DNA of 58,765 nt, counting the filler, from Sphacelaria rigidula (Eukaryota), in assembly GCA_964200075.2 (NCBI GenBank). It is 7 parts of 7 records of this genome, joined end to end, with 100 filler letters (N's around TTAATTAATTAA, not from the genome) between each part and the next. Parts side by side here need not be neighbours in the genome. Positions count along the whole stretch, not along the records: positions 1 to 8,311 come from CAXNAA020011568.1; positions 8,412 to 16,720 come from CAXNAA020011569.1; 5 more parts are not named here. The stretch is one strand, 5' to 3'. Positions 1 to 12,100 of this stretch are shown here, piece by piece (position 1 is the stretch's first letter; each line of letters starts with the position of its first letter). Both the position numbers and the translations under genes were made by a program. A model generated the notes under the pieces. That model was given only the letters and a program-made list of their open reading frames with translations, did no database searches and had not been told where the DNA came from.

Positions 1-1180
1 AGTGTGGGGAAAGCACTGTTTTAGGCTTGAGCCTCATCTCGAAGTTAAACCTCAATTCTCACAATTTGTTGTTACTTCAAAAACTTCACGGAGAGACTCT
101 TGCCTGACTTGTGCGTCCTCCAGCTCAAGGGGCGTCCCCCTCTGCTGTGCGCTTCAAGTTGGTCTCCTCCTGTCTGCAGGCTAAACTGACTCTTAGCTGC
201 TGCCCACTTCTCCTTAGCCAAACTCCTCTAACAGAGTGCCGGAAGAATATCTAGATATTGTTGCCTCTGCCAGACGATCTGGACAAGAGGACTGTCCACG
301 AGGGACTCCTCCAGTAGCACTGGCCTCGTGCTCGACAAGTCCTTTCTTCTCACTTGCTATTATCACGGAGGGATCCTCTACAGACCACATCAAGAGCTAA
401 ACAGCAAGGGGCCACACAGATAAGGGTCATCAACCCAGGATCCCCTGTCCCCTGCCACTGCTCCAAGCATACATGCGGTTATAGTGAAACCTACGGCTTG
501 GTATAATTTGGCTACGGGTGGGAAAGGCACAAATGGTCACCGTCTGCAGCTCAATCGTTTGTTTTTTTCACCTCAACCGGTCTTACATCAACGAGGTTTT
601 GCTTTCCAGATACTAGGGGAGTATCCCACAGTCAAACCTCGGATATTGGGTTAATTGACCGCCGGTATCGCTATCACCTGACAATCTAAAAGGATCCGCA
701 AATACTCTCGGCGACACATGCAACCACATACCTCTTATGTCTCATAAGTGATGCCGTTTATGTTTGCACGGGGCTTTTTCGTGTCCGATGTTCTATAATG
801 GGTGATCGTTTGTTTCATATCTTCGGCGTTTCTTCCGTTGAAATAATGTTTTATTGCCCACCCACTGCTACCCTTCGTGGGCAAACAAAAGTACGCAAAC
901 AAAAAACAGTCGGCCCGAAAATGGTCGTATTTCGAAGTTTTGCTCCCTTCAAAAAAAGAGAATCAAGCTAAAATATCGAAAAAGTATATGATAAAAAACA
1001 TATGTATGTACAAGGTTCTCCTTCGGGAGGTTGGTACGGTCCTCCCAGGGGGTGACGCAAGTCGATAATATAAAATATACTTCGTATGTCGTCTCAGTGT
1101 ACTGCTAAAGAAAGCGTGGATAAAAATGACTTGCTGTCAGAGAAACCTCGGCAGAAGTGGTAAAAATGTGATATGATACG

Positions 1181-1537
1181 TGTGTGGAAGATACCTCTTT
1201 GCAGTGACATATCGGAGACTGATGCCACACATGTATGACGAACCAGCGCAAGCAGGGACAAGGTAGGAACGGTCCGGAAGGACTAGATTACCGAGGACCC
1301 TGTAATGCCGACGTAACCAGACAACTCGGGGTGATGTCAGGAAGAGCCCAATATTAAGACGGTCCAACATCCCCCGAGGTACTGGTCGCGACCACTTCTT
1401 GTCTAACTCTTTCTTGCCTACATATACAAGAGGAAATCATCGCCAGCCCGGAAGTTCCTTCGGCACCAGGACGGCAGTCTCCCCCGTAGGTCTCTGACTA
1501 CTCTAGCGATACGCCTTCCTCACGTTGGCGACACCAG
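1181..1537 (+). mobile_element. LTR (about 344 bp) followed by a putative primer-binding site; truncated LTR retrotransposon 5' end
   Basis: Starts TGTGTGGAAG (1181) and ends CTTCCTCACG (1524), an imperfect terminal inverted repeat of the TG..CA type. It is followed after 1 nt by TGGCGACACCAG (1526), a TGG-initiated PBS-like sequence. No gag ORF is recognisable downstream. Confidence 0.55.
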
Positions 1538-1704
1538 AACAGAACTCAGGCAAGACAGGCCTTAAAGGTAAAAAACTAGAACGAAAACCGACTGCTCACC
1601 GACACCGGAAACACTATGGTCCTCCAAGGAACGCAGTCCAGGTGAAACGGATGGGCCATGTGCATAGTTATTCGTGTTGAGAGCTTATTGAAGTCATGTG
1701 TTTG

Positions 1705-1905
1705 GGTCAACGCGAAATTGGCTCCCTCAATGTGCATATATGTGTCACCCGCATGACTAATGAAAGAGCGAATCGCGAAGTTAGACTCCTCCGGGTGTAG
1801 TATGTGTCACCTGTATGGCTAGTCAAACAGTGAAACCGCGAAATAAGTCTCATCAACGTGCATCATATGTCACGAGAATGGCTAATTAAACAGCGAAACC
1901 ACACT
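1705..1905. repeat. Degenerate tandem repeat, about 3 x 62 bp
   Basis: Recurring tatgtgtcacc...atg(a/g)cta.t.aaa.agcgaa.c.cgaa units at about 1740, 1801 and 1866. Confidence 0.55.
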
Positions 1906-1911
1906 ATCAAC

Positions 1912-2160
1912 GACTGCTGCCGAGATAGCCCCCCCCCCAAACCGGCCAAAAATGTGCACGGAGGCGATGATCATAAATGCCGTTAGAGCTGGTTTCGTGT
2001 TCCACGACGCGACTTATTTGGGCGTTATAGCTATTTCGGACTGCTATGAGCCTTTCATGTGGGCGGCATTGCTGCAAACGAGCCCAATAGTGGGATCGCA
2101 GCCGGTTTGTCGGACGGACTCCCGTGCACTTTTTGTGGGGGGGCTATCTCGGCATTAGTC
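1912..2160. mobile_element. MITE with a 4-bp TSD (CAAC)
   Basis: TIRs gactgctgccgagatagccccccc / ggggggctatctcggcattagtc, flanked by CAAC at 1908-1911 and 2161-2164. Related to the element at 3776-4040. Confidence 0.75.
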
Positions 2161-3230
2161 CAACCAACCTTTCACCACCATAGTGCGAACGTCACGGCAA
2201 TTAATCAAGCAGGCCGACCTCTGGAACCGCGGTGATTCGAAATAGCATTGACAAACAAAATGATCTGACCTGCGAATGCACGACCTTGTCATACCCTAGC
2301 ATTTAGCAAACGAAAGAAAGGGAGGTATATTGGATGGTCTTACCGCATCCCAGCCCACAAGCTGAGAGGAGTCGAAAACTACAGACAGTTCAAGATTCCA
2401 CACCTCATCACGCATGAAATGGAGAAAAGTGTCAACCGTCTGGAAAAAATATATATCGGAGAGATGCGGGTTTCTTGGTCAGTACGGTAACTGATTCCTG
2501 CAGCGGGGCACCAAAACAGCCCTCAGTTGTGATGTGAAGGTACATACTAGGAGCAGAAGCTGGAAAGAGCACGGTGAGAGTTGGTTCCTAAGCAGCCTTT
2601 GGAGCAGCTGCGGGAAAAACAATACACCACACGGAGGACCATCATCGCCGAACATGTAGCTCAACTTGTTGAGGCTCTCAACCATGCTACATTCTGCGCC
2701 GTACCCCAATGAATCGGTAACGTTACATCCCGCGCTGACACAAGTTCAACCGGCAGCCAGGAAAAATCAACAATGTTGTTAGCAGGGGCTGTTGATTGTA
2801 AAATCGAAACACCAATCTTCCTTTTTTCAATCTGATCTTGGACGATCACTGTTATGACTCATACAACGCATCATCGCTCGCCAGGTATACAGATGCGCCC
2901 CTAGCGCTATCCTGTGCATCAGCCCGTGTGAGAGTCGCAGCCAGAGTGAACGGTACCCTCGCTGAAAAAACACAACCGATTCCGCAGCACGTGTGCTGTG
3001 TAAGAGCAAAACAAAAAGTTCACAAATGAACACCCGGTCATCATGGCAGCTGATGATATAAAACCAGTACCACAACGACCCATCCATCTCAGAAGCGCGG
3101 ACGGTTCCCCCATAAAAAAGCCTAGAGTTCATTCATTTCGAGCTTACTTTGGGGATAAAAATCCGGCCAACAGGAGCGTTTTGTATTACCTGATCTGGGG
3201 GCGGATTGTCTACTACTAGACAGCTCCATT

Positions 3231-3443
3231 ATGAAATGAGTTTTGAGGAGGCTAGCCAGTATGCGACAAACATACGAGGGAAGTACCGCCCGCAAGTGCC
3301 TTCGATCATTTTCGGAGGGGTGGGGCGTACTCGTTCGTTGCTTGCCTTAGTCGTTTGACTATTGACCGTTCGAGACACTCACAAACGATACTTCCCTCGG
3401 GTTTTTGTCGCATACTGGCTAGCCTCCTCAAACCTCATTTCAT
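3231..3443. mobile_element. Fold-back MITE with about 55-bp inverted arms; carries an internal fragment of retroposon family A
   Basis: atgaaatgagttttgaggaggctagccagtatgcgacaaa is inverted by tttgtcgcatactggctagcctcctcaaacctcatttcat. No clear TSD. Confidence 0.7.
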
Positions 3444-3487
3444 TGATCAACCTCTTTTTATAGAATCCCCTGTTATAGAACGATATT

Positions 3488-3772
3488 TTCGTGAGATTGA
3501 GAGTAGAGGATACGATTTAGAGTGAAGATCGGCCAATTAGTGAATTATTAATCGTTTCAGTTCCGAAATACCCCTCCGCGAGGCCCGACATGCTTCCTGT
3601 AGTAGCATTCCACTGAGGCCCTCGGTATCACTAAGTACGATATCGATGAGTAACTGTAAGCACACGCCAGTCATGGAAGCAAAGAAAAGCACACACGGAA
3701 TGAAAAAACGGGCAAGTCAGATCGAATGATCAAAGCCATTCTCAATCAGCGCTCTATTCTCGATCTCACGTT
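3488..3772. mobile_element. Inverted-repeat element (MITE-like)
   Basis: cgtgagattgagagtagagg..gatttagagtg (about 3490) is inverted by cattctcaatcagcgctctattctcgatctcacg (about 3740-3770). The same arm recurs at about 50295-50347. Confidence 0.5.
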
Positions 3773-3775
3773 TCC

Positions 3776-4040
3776 GACACTTTCTACGATACCCCCCCCC
3801 CCAAACCAGCTAAAAAAGTGTCACGAAAAAAATGGCCATACAGCGCCTGATGTTCGGGTTCCGGCTGCATGAAGCGCCTCNNNNNNNNGCGCCTCATATT
3901 GGCGACATTGGCTAGAATGAACCTAAGCGTGGGAATCCCCAGCTTCTCGTTGTGCTAGGATTTTCCCATTTCGATTTACGTGAAGATTTTGTCTCCCAAA
4001 ACCGTGCACTCTTTTGGGGGGGGCTATCGTAGAAAGTGCC
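3776..4040. mobile_element. MITE with a 4-bp TSD (TTCC)
   Basis: TIRs gacactttctacgatacccccc / ggggggctatcgtagaaagtgcc, flanked by TTCC at 3772-3775 and 4041-4044. Confidence 0.75.
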
Positions 4041-4604
4041 TTCCACAGGTCACGATTCCGAATGCACACCTTTGGCCGCAACGCACTCATTACATCACAT
4101 ACCTGCATTTTCTGTTGCAATGAACTAATAAAATAAGTATTTTAATCAATTACTAAATATATTATTAAACATATTACGAGATGTATAATTGAATAAATGT
4201 TGAAATAAATACTTTTTTCAAAATATTTAGATAAATATTCGAAAAAATAAACGTTAAATAATAGTTCAGTAAATTAAGCAAGTGATTGATTAATTGCCTA
4301 ATTGGTTGGATGGCTGGTATGATGTTGGGGGTGGATTATTATTTTGTGGGAGACGGGAACACAACAATCTAGACTGCTGCAGTATGAGCCCGCTGCATGG
4401 GAACGCAATATAGTGTCTGTAGTATACAGCATGGTGTATTCATATAGGACAACACCCTATATTATTTACTAATTAGACTGCACAGATGTATTGATCCCAA
4501 CTACTGTGTTGTTCATGTGTGCGACTATGCTGGTTGAGTGCCCCCAGGGACATCCCTACACAGTTACTCCACAGTTGCACTGCTGTGTATATGCTCACCG
4601 AAAA

Positions 4605-4920
4605 CACTATATTCGTGAGATTCAGAGTGTAGTTTCAGATTCAGAGTCAGGATTTCAAACGGAAGACCTGTTTTCTTTGTGGTCGATTCGTATGCGAAAC
4701 AGTTCGCGTCACTAACCAACCAACATTGGAGGCTGTGAAAACACGCACGTTTATTACTCGGATTGGTTGATTAGTGACGCGACCTGTTTCGCATAAGAGT
4801 TGACCACGAAGAAAACAGCGTTCTTCCGTTTGAAATCCAGGATTTCAGGGAAAACAGTTCTTCCGTTTGAAATCCTGACTCTGAATCTGAAACTACACCC
4901 TGAATCTCACGAATATAGTG
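4605..4920. mobile_element. Fold-back element with CACTA...TAGTG termini and about 120-bp inverted arms
   Basis: cactatattcgtgagattcagagtgtagtttcagattcagagtcaggatttcaaacggaag has its reverse complement ending at 4920. The two opposite-strand ORFs share HYIREIQ.VVSDSESGFQTE. No matching TSD. Confidence 0.7.
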
Positions 4921-4952
4921 TTCGAAGGAGCGGGCTAACCCATAGGTGTTAA

Positions 4953-6671
4953 CCCGTGAAGTACCGGCGCAGAGATGTTCCTGTGGAGTCAGTGTCGCGC
5001 CAAAGGGACAAAACATTCTTTTCGGGACAAAATCTGACCGCTTTGCCCTCTTCTAGTGCGCACTGCTGCAGCGCACGACATCAGATATATCGACTTGGAA
5101 TTGTTAACTGTGGTTTGCACAGCCTATGAGCGATGTTTCAGCGCCTCGCAGCGGCTGCAGCGCGCTTAGGGTCGTGCGCCACGAATTACGCAGCTCTACA
5201 GACTGTATGCCGACCGGTATACTGTAGATGGTCACGACCCAGAAAGGGCCGTAGTACAGACCGGTGCCAGTTTGCTACCGCATCGGCCGTCCACTCGCTT
5301 AACATGTCTAATTTTATGCATCTGCGCGTGCATATTTTCATTCGCCTGGAGTGCGGAAAGTCTGGGCTGTCGTACAGCCTATTTGAGGGCGCATGGACGG
5401 CGTTCCCCGAAATCGCTTGTGGCCATGTTGTAGGAAAGTCTTGGGCCCCACTGCGCGGCGCACATATTGTCTGTGTTGTGTCCGACGAGTGTGCAAAGTT
5501 TCATGATGGAACGCGCAGTTGCAGGCGAGATATCCACAATAAACTTGCACTGGGAAGTGGGAGTTTACCCTAGGAAAGTATGAAAGTATCCAGAAAACAT
5601 GAAATGCGGTTACGTACGCCCTGGTTACGCCGTATCTCAGATGCAGTTAAGCAGTACAACGGTACGGGTACTGTCTGGAGACCTTACATTGCATCGGCAT
5701 ATTACAGCTGATACTGTACTTCATATATTGGTCATGATGGAGTTTTCATATTTATTTCAAATCCGTCAGCTGCCCCGCCAGACATGGATGCAAACGATCG
5801 TGCCGTTCTCGGTTTCTTCGATAGCAATTGAGATGTTTATTTTTCAGGCGGATTGCACACTCCATATGCAACGCCCTAGGCGTGGTGATGCGCTGGAACG
5901 CGAAGCGTGGTCGCCACCTATCGCCGTACCATGGGGCCCGCAAGGAACCCGTACCGAGCAACACCATACACTCCACCGAACGCGGGACACAATGACGTTC
6001 TCAATCTGCAACTTGCGTCGACAATCCAGCCTTAAACATAGCATTTCAGATATGCTGCATGTTGGGCCGTACGTCCTCCCTTTGGGGCACCTCGCTTGTA
6101 TGAACTACACCTACTTGCGGATGATTCCAGCTGATATTCATACGATCACTCTTGTATGCGAAAATCTGCACACGTTCGACTTTCTTTCTTTTGGTGCAAC
6201 ACTGGTAGACCTGGAGAAATGTACATAAACAATGATTGGTACTCGATTTTACTTGGTTTCAGAATGAAGAAAAATCTGAGAAAATTCACGATTTGGGGCA
6301 GATAAGCAGTGGTGAGCAGTAGACCCAGGTCGTCCAGAACGTGCTTTGGTCCAAAGTCGGCTCAAAGGTATCGATTTGAGCTCTCGAAATGCGTCGATTT
6401 GAGCTCTCGCAAAGCACGCTTTACACAAGAAACTGCACCCCCCTTGCCCGAGACTTCTCGGTATACCTTGAGAGTTCTCGGTATACCTTGGTCGATGTTA
6501 GGGTTAGGGTTAGCGTTAGGGTTGGTGGCATATCTCCATAGTGCCAATCATTGTTTGCGTACATTTCTGTAGGTCCCCTCTGTGAAGCACTTGTCCACGG
6601 ATGCATCTTTGTTTCAAGGACATGTCTGTCATCCCTGTCACACGGACATCCCTGCGCCGGTACATCATAGG
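4953..6671. mobile_element. Non-autonomous piggyBac-like element (degenerate right end)
   Basis: Left end TTAA|CCCGTGAAGTACCGGCGCAGAGATGT. The right end acatccctgcgccggtacatcatagg|tgca is its reverse complement with 4 mismatches, and the right TTAA has decayed. An internal TTAGGG-like tract lies at about 6497-6523. Confidence 0.55.
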
Positions 6672-7258
6672 TGCATCATTTGAGGGAGCTCTCTGTTACG
6701 GGTCGCACAATCACAGCGATTTTGTCACCCCCCTGCGCTTGTCCTCCACAGCTGACCGACAGTGAGGACGTTTGCCCACGTGTGTACTTTGTTCAACTCG
6801 CCAACGGCTCATTGCACGGTCTTGGTTTTGCTGCTGACTAAGACGAAGGCAATGTTCAATTTTCTTCAACCTATTTGCTCTCATGTTCTCTTGACACTCG
6901 CTGCATAACCGCTGTCTTCGTGCTCCCGAATCAACGAGAACGCAAAAAAATACCCCGCCATGAACAGGCTTTTGTTGTTTAGGTTCCTCTTTCAAGTTTT
7001 CCATCATCTTGTACAGGCTTTTGTGGTTCGGGATCGACACCCAGCAAAAAAGAGTCAGTGTGGGCGACTTTCGATGGCCAGAACACGCGCCACAGGTAGC
7101 AGATGACACCCAAACCTGAAAGGTAATGTACTGCTACGCCTCCTTCGTGCACTGCAAAAGAAAGCGTGTGATAAGATGCCTTGCCGCCGGAGAAAACTCG
7201 GCGAAAGTGGTGAAAAATGTGAAATGATGCATGTACATATATATATATATACATATCA

Positions 7259-8090
7259 CACCCTGGACAATACAATATGTTTCCAATACATTATGCCCGC
7301 CCAATAAGTCGATGCGTCTCGCGTTCAATATATATTGGGCGAGCAATATGATGGCACGAGAGGCAGGTCGATATATATTGTGTAATCAATATGTCAAGGC
7401 TCGTGACATGCAATATATATTGACCGAACAATATATCACGACACGCCATCTTAATATATATTGGCCGATAAATATGTTGGTGCGACACGGCGCCAATATA
7501 TATTTGTCGACAATATATTGGCTGCCACACGAGGTCAATATATATTGACGATTCAATATACTTGACACCTTGAGTGCAATTATATACATATATATATATT
7601 GCCGCCCCAATATGGTGTACTGTCAATTCGTCCAATATATATTTTGGGCGAACACTACGCGAGGGATTCGATTTTCACAATATATATGTATTGGCTGAGC
7701 AATATGTATTTCTGGTTCAATGTATATTGGCAAAGGTATATTAACTAGTGCGGCGGGCACTTTGATGTCAACGGGCGCCATCAAAATGTGTGCCACCAGA
7801 TACCGAAAACATTCAATATATTCTTCCGCGGGCGTGTCCAATACATATTGGCTGCCCAGTATGTATGCGGCGAGCGTGCACAATAAACATTGGAAACACA
7901 CTACTTTTGCATGGTTTACGTTCAATATATATTGTGGAAAAGATATGTTACGCGTCGCTCCGACTCGATACATATTGAGAAACAACAGAAGCAATACATA
8001 TATTGAACGTTTTGCTCCGTGTATATTGGCATGCGTCACTTCGCGATCAAGACACGGGGAATATATATCAACAGCCGATTGTAAATTTTG
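7259..8090 (+). repeat. CACCCTGGACAA terminus followed by a 42-bp-periodic array of palindromic CAATATATATTG motifs (probable subterminal repeats of a CACTA/CMC-type DNA transposon)
   Basis: Palindromes at 7326, 7369, 7411, 7452, 7494, 7536 and 7839, 7881, 7923, 7966, most followed 6 nt later by a CAATAT-like half-site. The terminus matches the TIR of the MITE at 28963-29128. Confidence 0.7.
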
Positions 8091-8311
8091 GGGTTCAACA
8101 CTAAAATGGGGCTGAAGTCGCATTTCTATATTGCAGGGAAGATACGAAAGAGTAACACAGAGCGGAAGTATCTTCCCCCCCCAAACTCCGCAGGAGGACT
8201 TAACCGTCAGACCGCGAGAGTAGGTCACCTGCTGAATTGGCATCAATATTCACTTGGAAAAAGTACACGTGGTCCAGATGGACTACCAACACCGCGGTCC
8301 AAGGGTTAAGC

Positions 8312-8411
8312 NNNNNNNNNNNNNNNNNNNNNNNNNNNNNNNNNNNNNNNNNNNNTTAATTAATTAANNNNNNNNNNNNNNNNNNNNNNNNNNNNNNNNN
8401 NNNNNNNNNNN
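8312..8411. other. Artificial contig linker N44-TTAATTAATTAA-N44; the same linker occurs at 16721-16820, 25130-25229, 33539-33638, 41948-42047 and 50357-50456
   Basis: Identical 100-nt spacers with stops in all six frames, spaced exactly 8409 bp apart. Confidence 0.98.
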
Positions 8412-9185
8412 CCCCCCCCCCCCCACCCCCTTCAAAAACTCGAATTTTCGGTCTTGGGGCCTACGTGTTCCGAAATATATTTTTGGTAGACCCTTGGTAT
8501 GGCATAGATATCTGCTTGATCTCAGTACTGTACCTTTGATGTCGTGTACTACTTGGCTTTAGTTTTCTTCGGTATTGAGATGCACATGATTGAGCTGGGC
8601 GAGGTTGCGCAACTACTCGACTAGAATGTAGAGCCACTAACTACGTGATTTTAGTGTCTTTCCCTCCCAGCTTTCAGATCTTGATATATTGAACATTCCC
8701 TCCGGGAGCTGGGGCGAGGGGGGGGGTTATGCTCATGATATTGCAGCGTGGGCGCGGGAGGGGCCAGGGGTATTCGAAACTATTCCAGTCTACGGGTACC
8801 GTTGGTTACGAAATTATCAGCAATATAACCAACTTGAATGCACAACGTTTCAGTCTTCACTTTGTCCTCTATCGCACAAGGGAGTGTCCTTCGAGCGGAT
8901 TGTTTCGGAAGACAAAGCACCCATGATGATATGCTGTGTGTCTAGGTATTCTCGTCGTGACATGTGATCATCCTTTGCAAATACGGACACAAATCATCCG
9001 GAGATGTGAAGCACGCACAGGTCAGTTGCCGATTCCCGTTCCGTCGTAAACGCTGTTGTAACTTCACGGCACTACTTCTTCTTTTAGGCCTATCGCCGGC
9101 AGTGTTTCCGGTATTTCTGTCATCGTGACAGGTAAAGAGCGGAGTGTCTCGATATTCCACTTGGGGCTTCAACCTGTGTTCTCAC

Positions 9186-12100
9186 CTCGGCCTCTGCTGT
9201 AGCTACCCTAGACTCCAGCTCCCGCCCGCTTACGCTGTCAATGCCCTTCAAGAGAGACGAATAGCTGCGGGCACCCTCTCCTGGAAGCAGTACGCGCGCA
9301 CCCCTGCTGGATGCCCTTCTGCCGGCGTTTACTCTACTTTTGCCGGCGGTCGTGCACGCACTTCGTCGACCCTTGGCGTTTTTCACCAGGGTGGTTGCTC
9401 GTCCACCTCGCGAGGAGACTGCTGCTGCTGTTCCGGTTGTCGTTGTTGCGGGGTGATTTTCGCTCATCAAATGCGATGTTCCACTTCGGGGTAATACTTG
9501 TACCGCGGTTCCGGTTCCTCCGTTGTTGCCGTCTTGGTTGGCAACGAGCAGCGATGATGTCGACGTATGGTCTCCTGCGAATCTTGGCGCCAACAACCGG
9601 TGTTGTTGAGCCTGTTGGAGATCAAGAAGCGAGCTTCTGAAATCAAGCTGCGGGTGCGAAGATAGGTTCGTTCCGTCGGCTGTTTCTTCCTTGCTGTACA
9701 GTGCAAAACGTTCTGCTATTGTGGCCGCCTCCCGCGTCCCAACAAACGACCTGTCTTGTCGCGCGATGCCCCCGCCGCCCTCACCGCCCTCCTGTTGCTG
9801 CCGCCGCCGCTGCTGCTGCTGCCACAGTAGATCTTGTTGCTTCTGCAGGTCATCATGACCGGTCACGGCAGCAGACAGCACCGTTTCCTGAGAGGGTGTT
9901 TGTGTCGTTTCACCTTGTTGCCATTCCGCCGCGTCGCCTTGTTGTTCCGGTTCACGTCGACGTTCGTCTTCCTCGGCGGCAATGATGGCGTTTCCTTCAC
10001 GTGCTGTTTTATCTTCTCCGCAATCCCCGCCACCTCCGGTATCACCACCGCCGCCCCTGCCGACATCACCGAAATCCCAAGCATCTCCCCCACTTCCCAT
10101 TAACCCCGTAGCCTGCCTAGCCCCAGCAGTTCGGGGGAAGCCAGGAAGCAATCCACCGGCGGGGAGGAAACGTTTTGTTGACCCGGTGCTACCGCCCCCT
10201 CCGCCGAACATTGCTGCCCCGCCCGGCGGCCTCGGTCCCATGCCAGCAGCATAATATTCCGGGAAAAGGTCTGACGGCGCGGAAGCACACAGGCGATCGG
10301 CGCGCATCTGCCGTCGCTTTGCTTCTTTGTCGAACTGAGGTGGAGGCGAATGGTTCCACGCGAGAGGTTGTTGCAGGGGGGTGGCGTGTTTTTCAAGGTG
10401 TGACGCAGGCAGGAGGGAGGCTGGGTGGGAGAGGTTTTCAAGACATTTGCCGGTCATATGTTTCAATTGTGCGAAGAAAAAATGAAGAGATCAAAAAAAA
10501 AAAAGAAGACGAGATAAGCAAGCAAAAGAATCCCAATCAATTAACACAACGGTTCATTCTTTTTTGGTCGCGGTCATGGAATGGATTCCACTTTGATATC
10601 GTCATGACTACATTTATTTGTGAGACCTTTCCCGCAGGAGCAGTTTCATATTGTATTGAAAATACGATCGAGTCACGATTCGTCGTATTGGCATACATGA
10701 ATGATCGGCAAAATGACCAAATATCTCGCAGCCTAGTGTTCTCTTTTGTCGTGAAAGGGTTTCGGTAGGCCCCTCAGGCGGCGCATGCCTTTTGATGGAC
10801 CCTCAATCGATCGTTGGCTACGTATGAAACGCAAGTATTTTTGTTTCAAACGTTGTTCAAAGTAAGCCAGAGTTGGGGATCGCATCATTGTGGGTGATGG
10901 TCACCAACACGGAGGAGCTATACTCAGCGACAGCGTCTGGGTGACTGGCGCTGAATGTCAGCCCGCGCTATTGTTCCGAAAGCCGCCCGTCGCCCAAGGG
11001 GTCATCATCTGCGGACACCTGAGTCTGATCGTCATTTTCCAATTAAAAACGACACTTATCCGACAGGTCGATCCCTCTGGGTGGTCAAAAGGGTTAAAAT
11101 ATTTCTGGTCTCGACCGTCCAAACATCCACAGAATAAACACCAGTTGGTTGGTATTCTCCGTCAAGAGGATCCTCTCCCCCCCCTCCCCCCCCCCCGCTG
11201 CTATCATCTCGTTGGCTTAGCTCTGATTTCCCACTGCAACCCCTCCTCTACCAGAATACAGCGAGGGAAACCATTTATGCCCAATATTTCAACAGAGGGG
11301 CGCAAGCACGACGCAGAGACACACACAGCGTGAGGCACAACCGCTCATCACCGTAGTGTCTTTGGGGCTTAAACGCCGGAGAGCCTCCCAGCAGAAGCAA
11401 GGACCGTACATTCGACAAAAAACGAGCTCCAAAACGAAGACGACGACAAGTACAAACAGGGGGAAAACATCGACGGGACAACATTATATAACCAAGAAGG
11501 GAGCATGAGGCCGCATGTGAGGCCACGTCTTGTGGGGATTGGATGTTTTTCTCCGGATGGTTAAGTTTGAAACATTTGACACACGTTTCGCCCTCCTCCG
11601 CAACCTAAAATAACCCCCTACCATATGTTTCGGACACCATGCGTCGCCTCGGCGAGAGAAGTCTCGCCCACTTGTCCGATTCGTCAGGCCCCGACGTTTC
11701 GAGAACGGCCGCTGACCAACACTCCGGTCGGAGAGGGAAAGCTGTTATGCTGTTGAAACATGCAAAGTTTTCGCACATGGGACAGCTTACGACCCGTCTC
11801 GCATAGCTGACCAAGGAGGACTATCACATCTGTTGGCCCAGCATGATAAAATGCCAGACCGCAGGGTCAGAGAATCCTAAGCACAGCCCTTGCGGTACAC
11901 CGGGTGCGCGGCGTCCAGCGCTGTAGGTAGACAGTATGGGAAAGGGGCCAAGTGAGGTGCGTCGTGATCTGGATCAGCGCACCTACAATAAGTAATATAT
12001 AGGTATATCATGAGCTGCACAACGTGTGAAAGGTTCCACGTTGTCCTGACATTTTCCCCCGTTCTAGATGAATTTTCGTTCAGTAGCCGTTTCCAACAAA

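Noticed and set aside
2300-2850. Ulp1-like protease remnant on the minus strand (LPIHW / VESL)
   Set aside because: The similarity is limited to a few residues across frameshifts and cannot be supported without a search.
5133-6228. 146-aa and 209-aa ORFs as genes or a transposase
   Set aside because: No recognisable domain or DDE motif and no supporting splice structure.
6497-6523. Telomere
   Set aside because: Only about four imperfect internal TTAGGG units, located inside a repeat element.
7326-7990. Bona fide CRISPR array
   Set aside because: The context is eukaryotic, there are no cas genes, the repeat is short, split and degenerate, spacers are only about 17 nt, and the array starts at a transposon-like terminus.
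8296-11098. GG..AAGGG|TTAA piggyBac-like right ends at about 8305 and 11093
   Set aside because: No matching left ends were found within their contigs, so no elements could be delimited.
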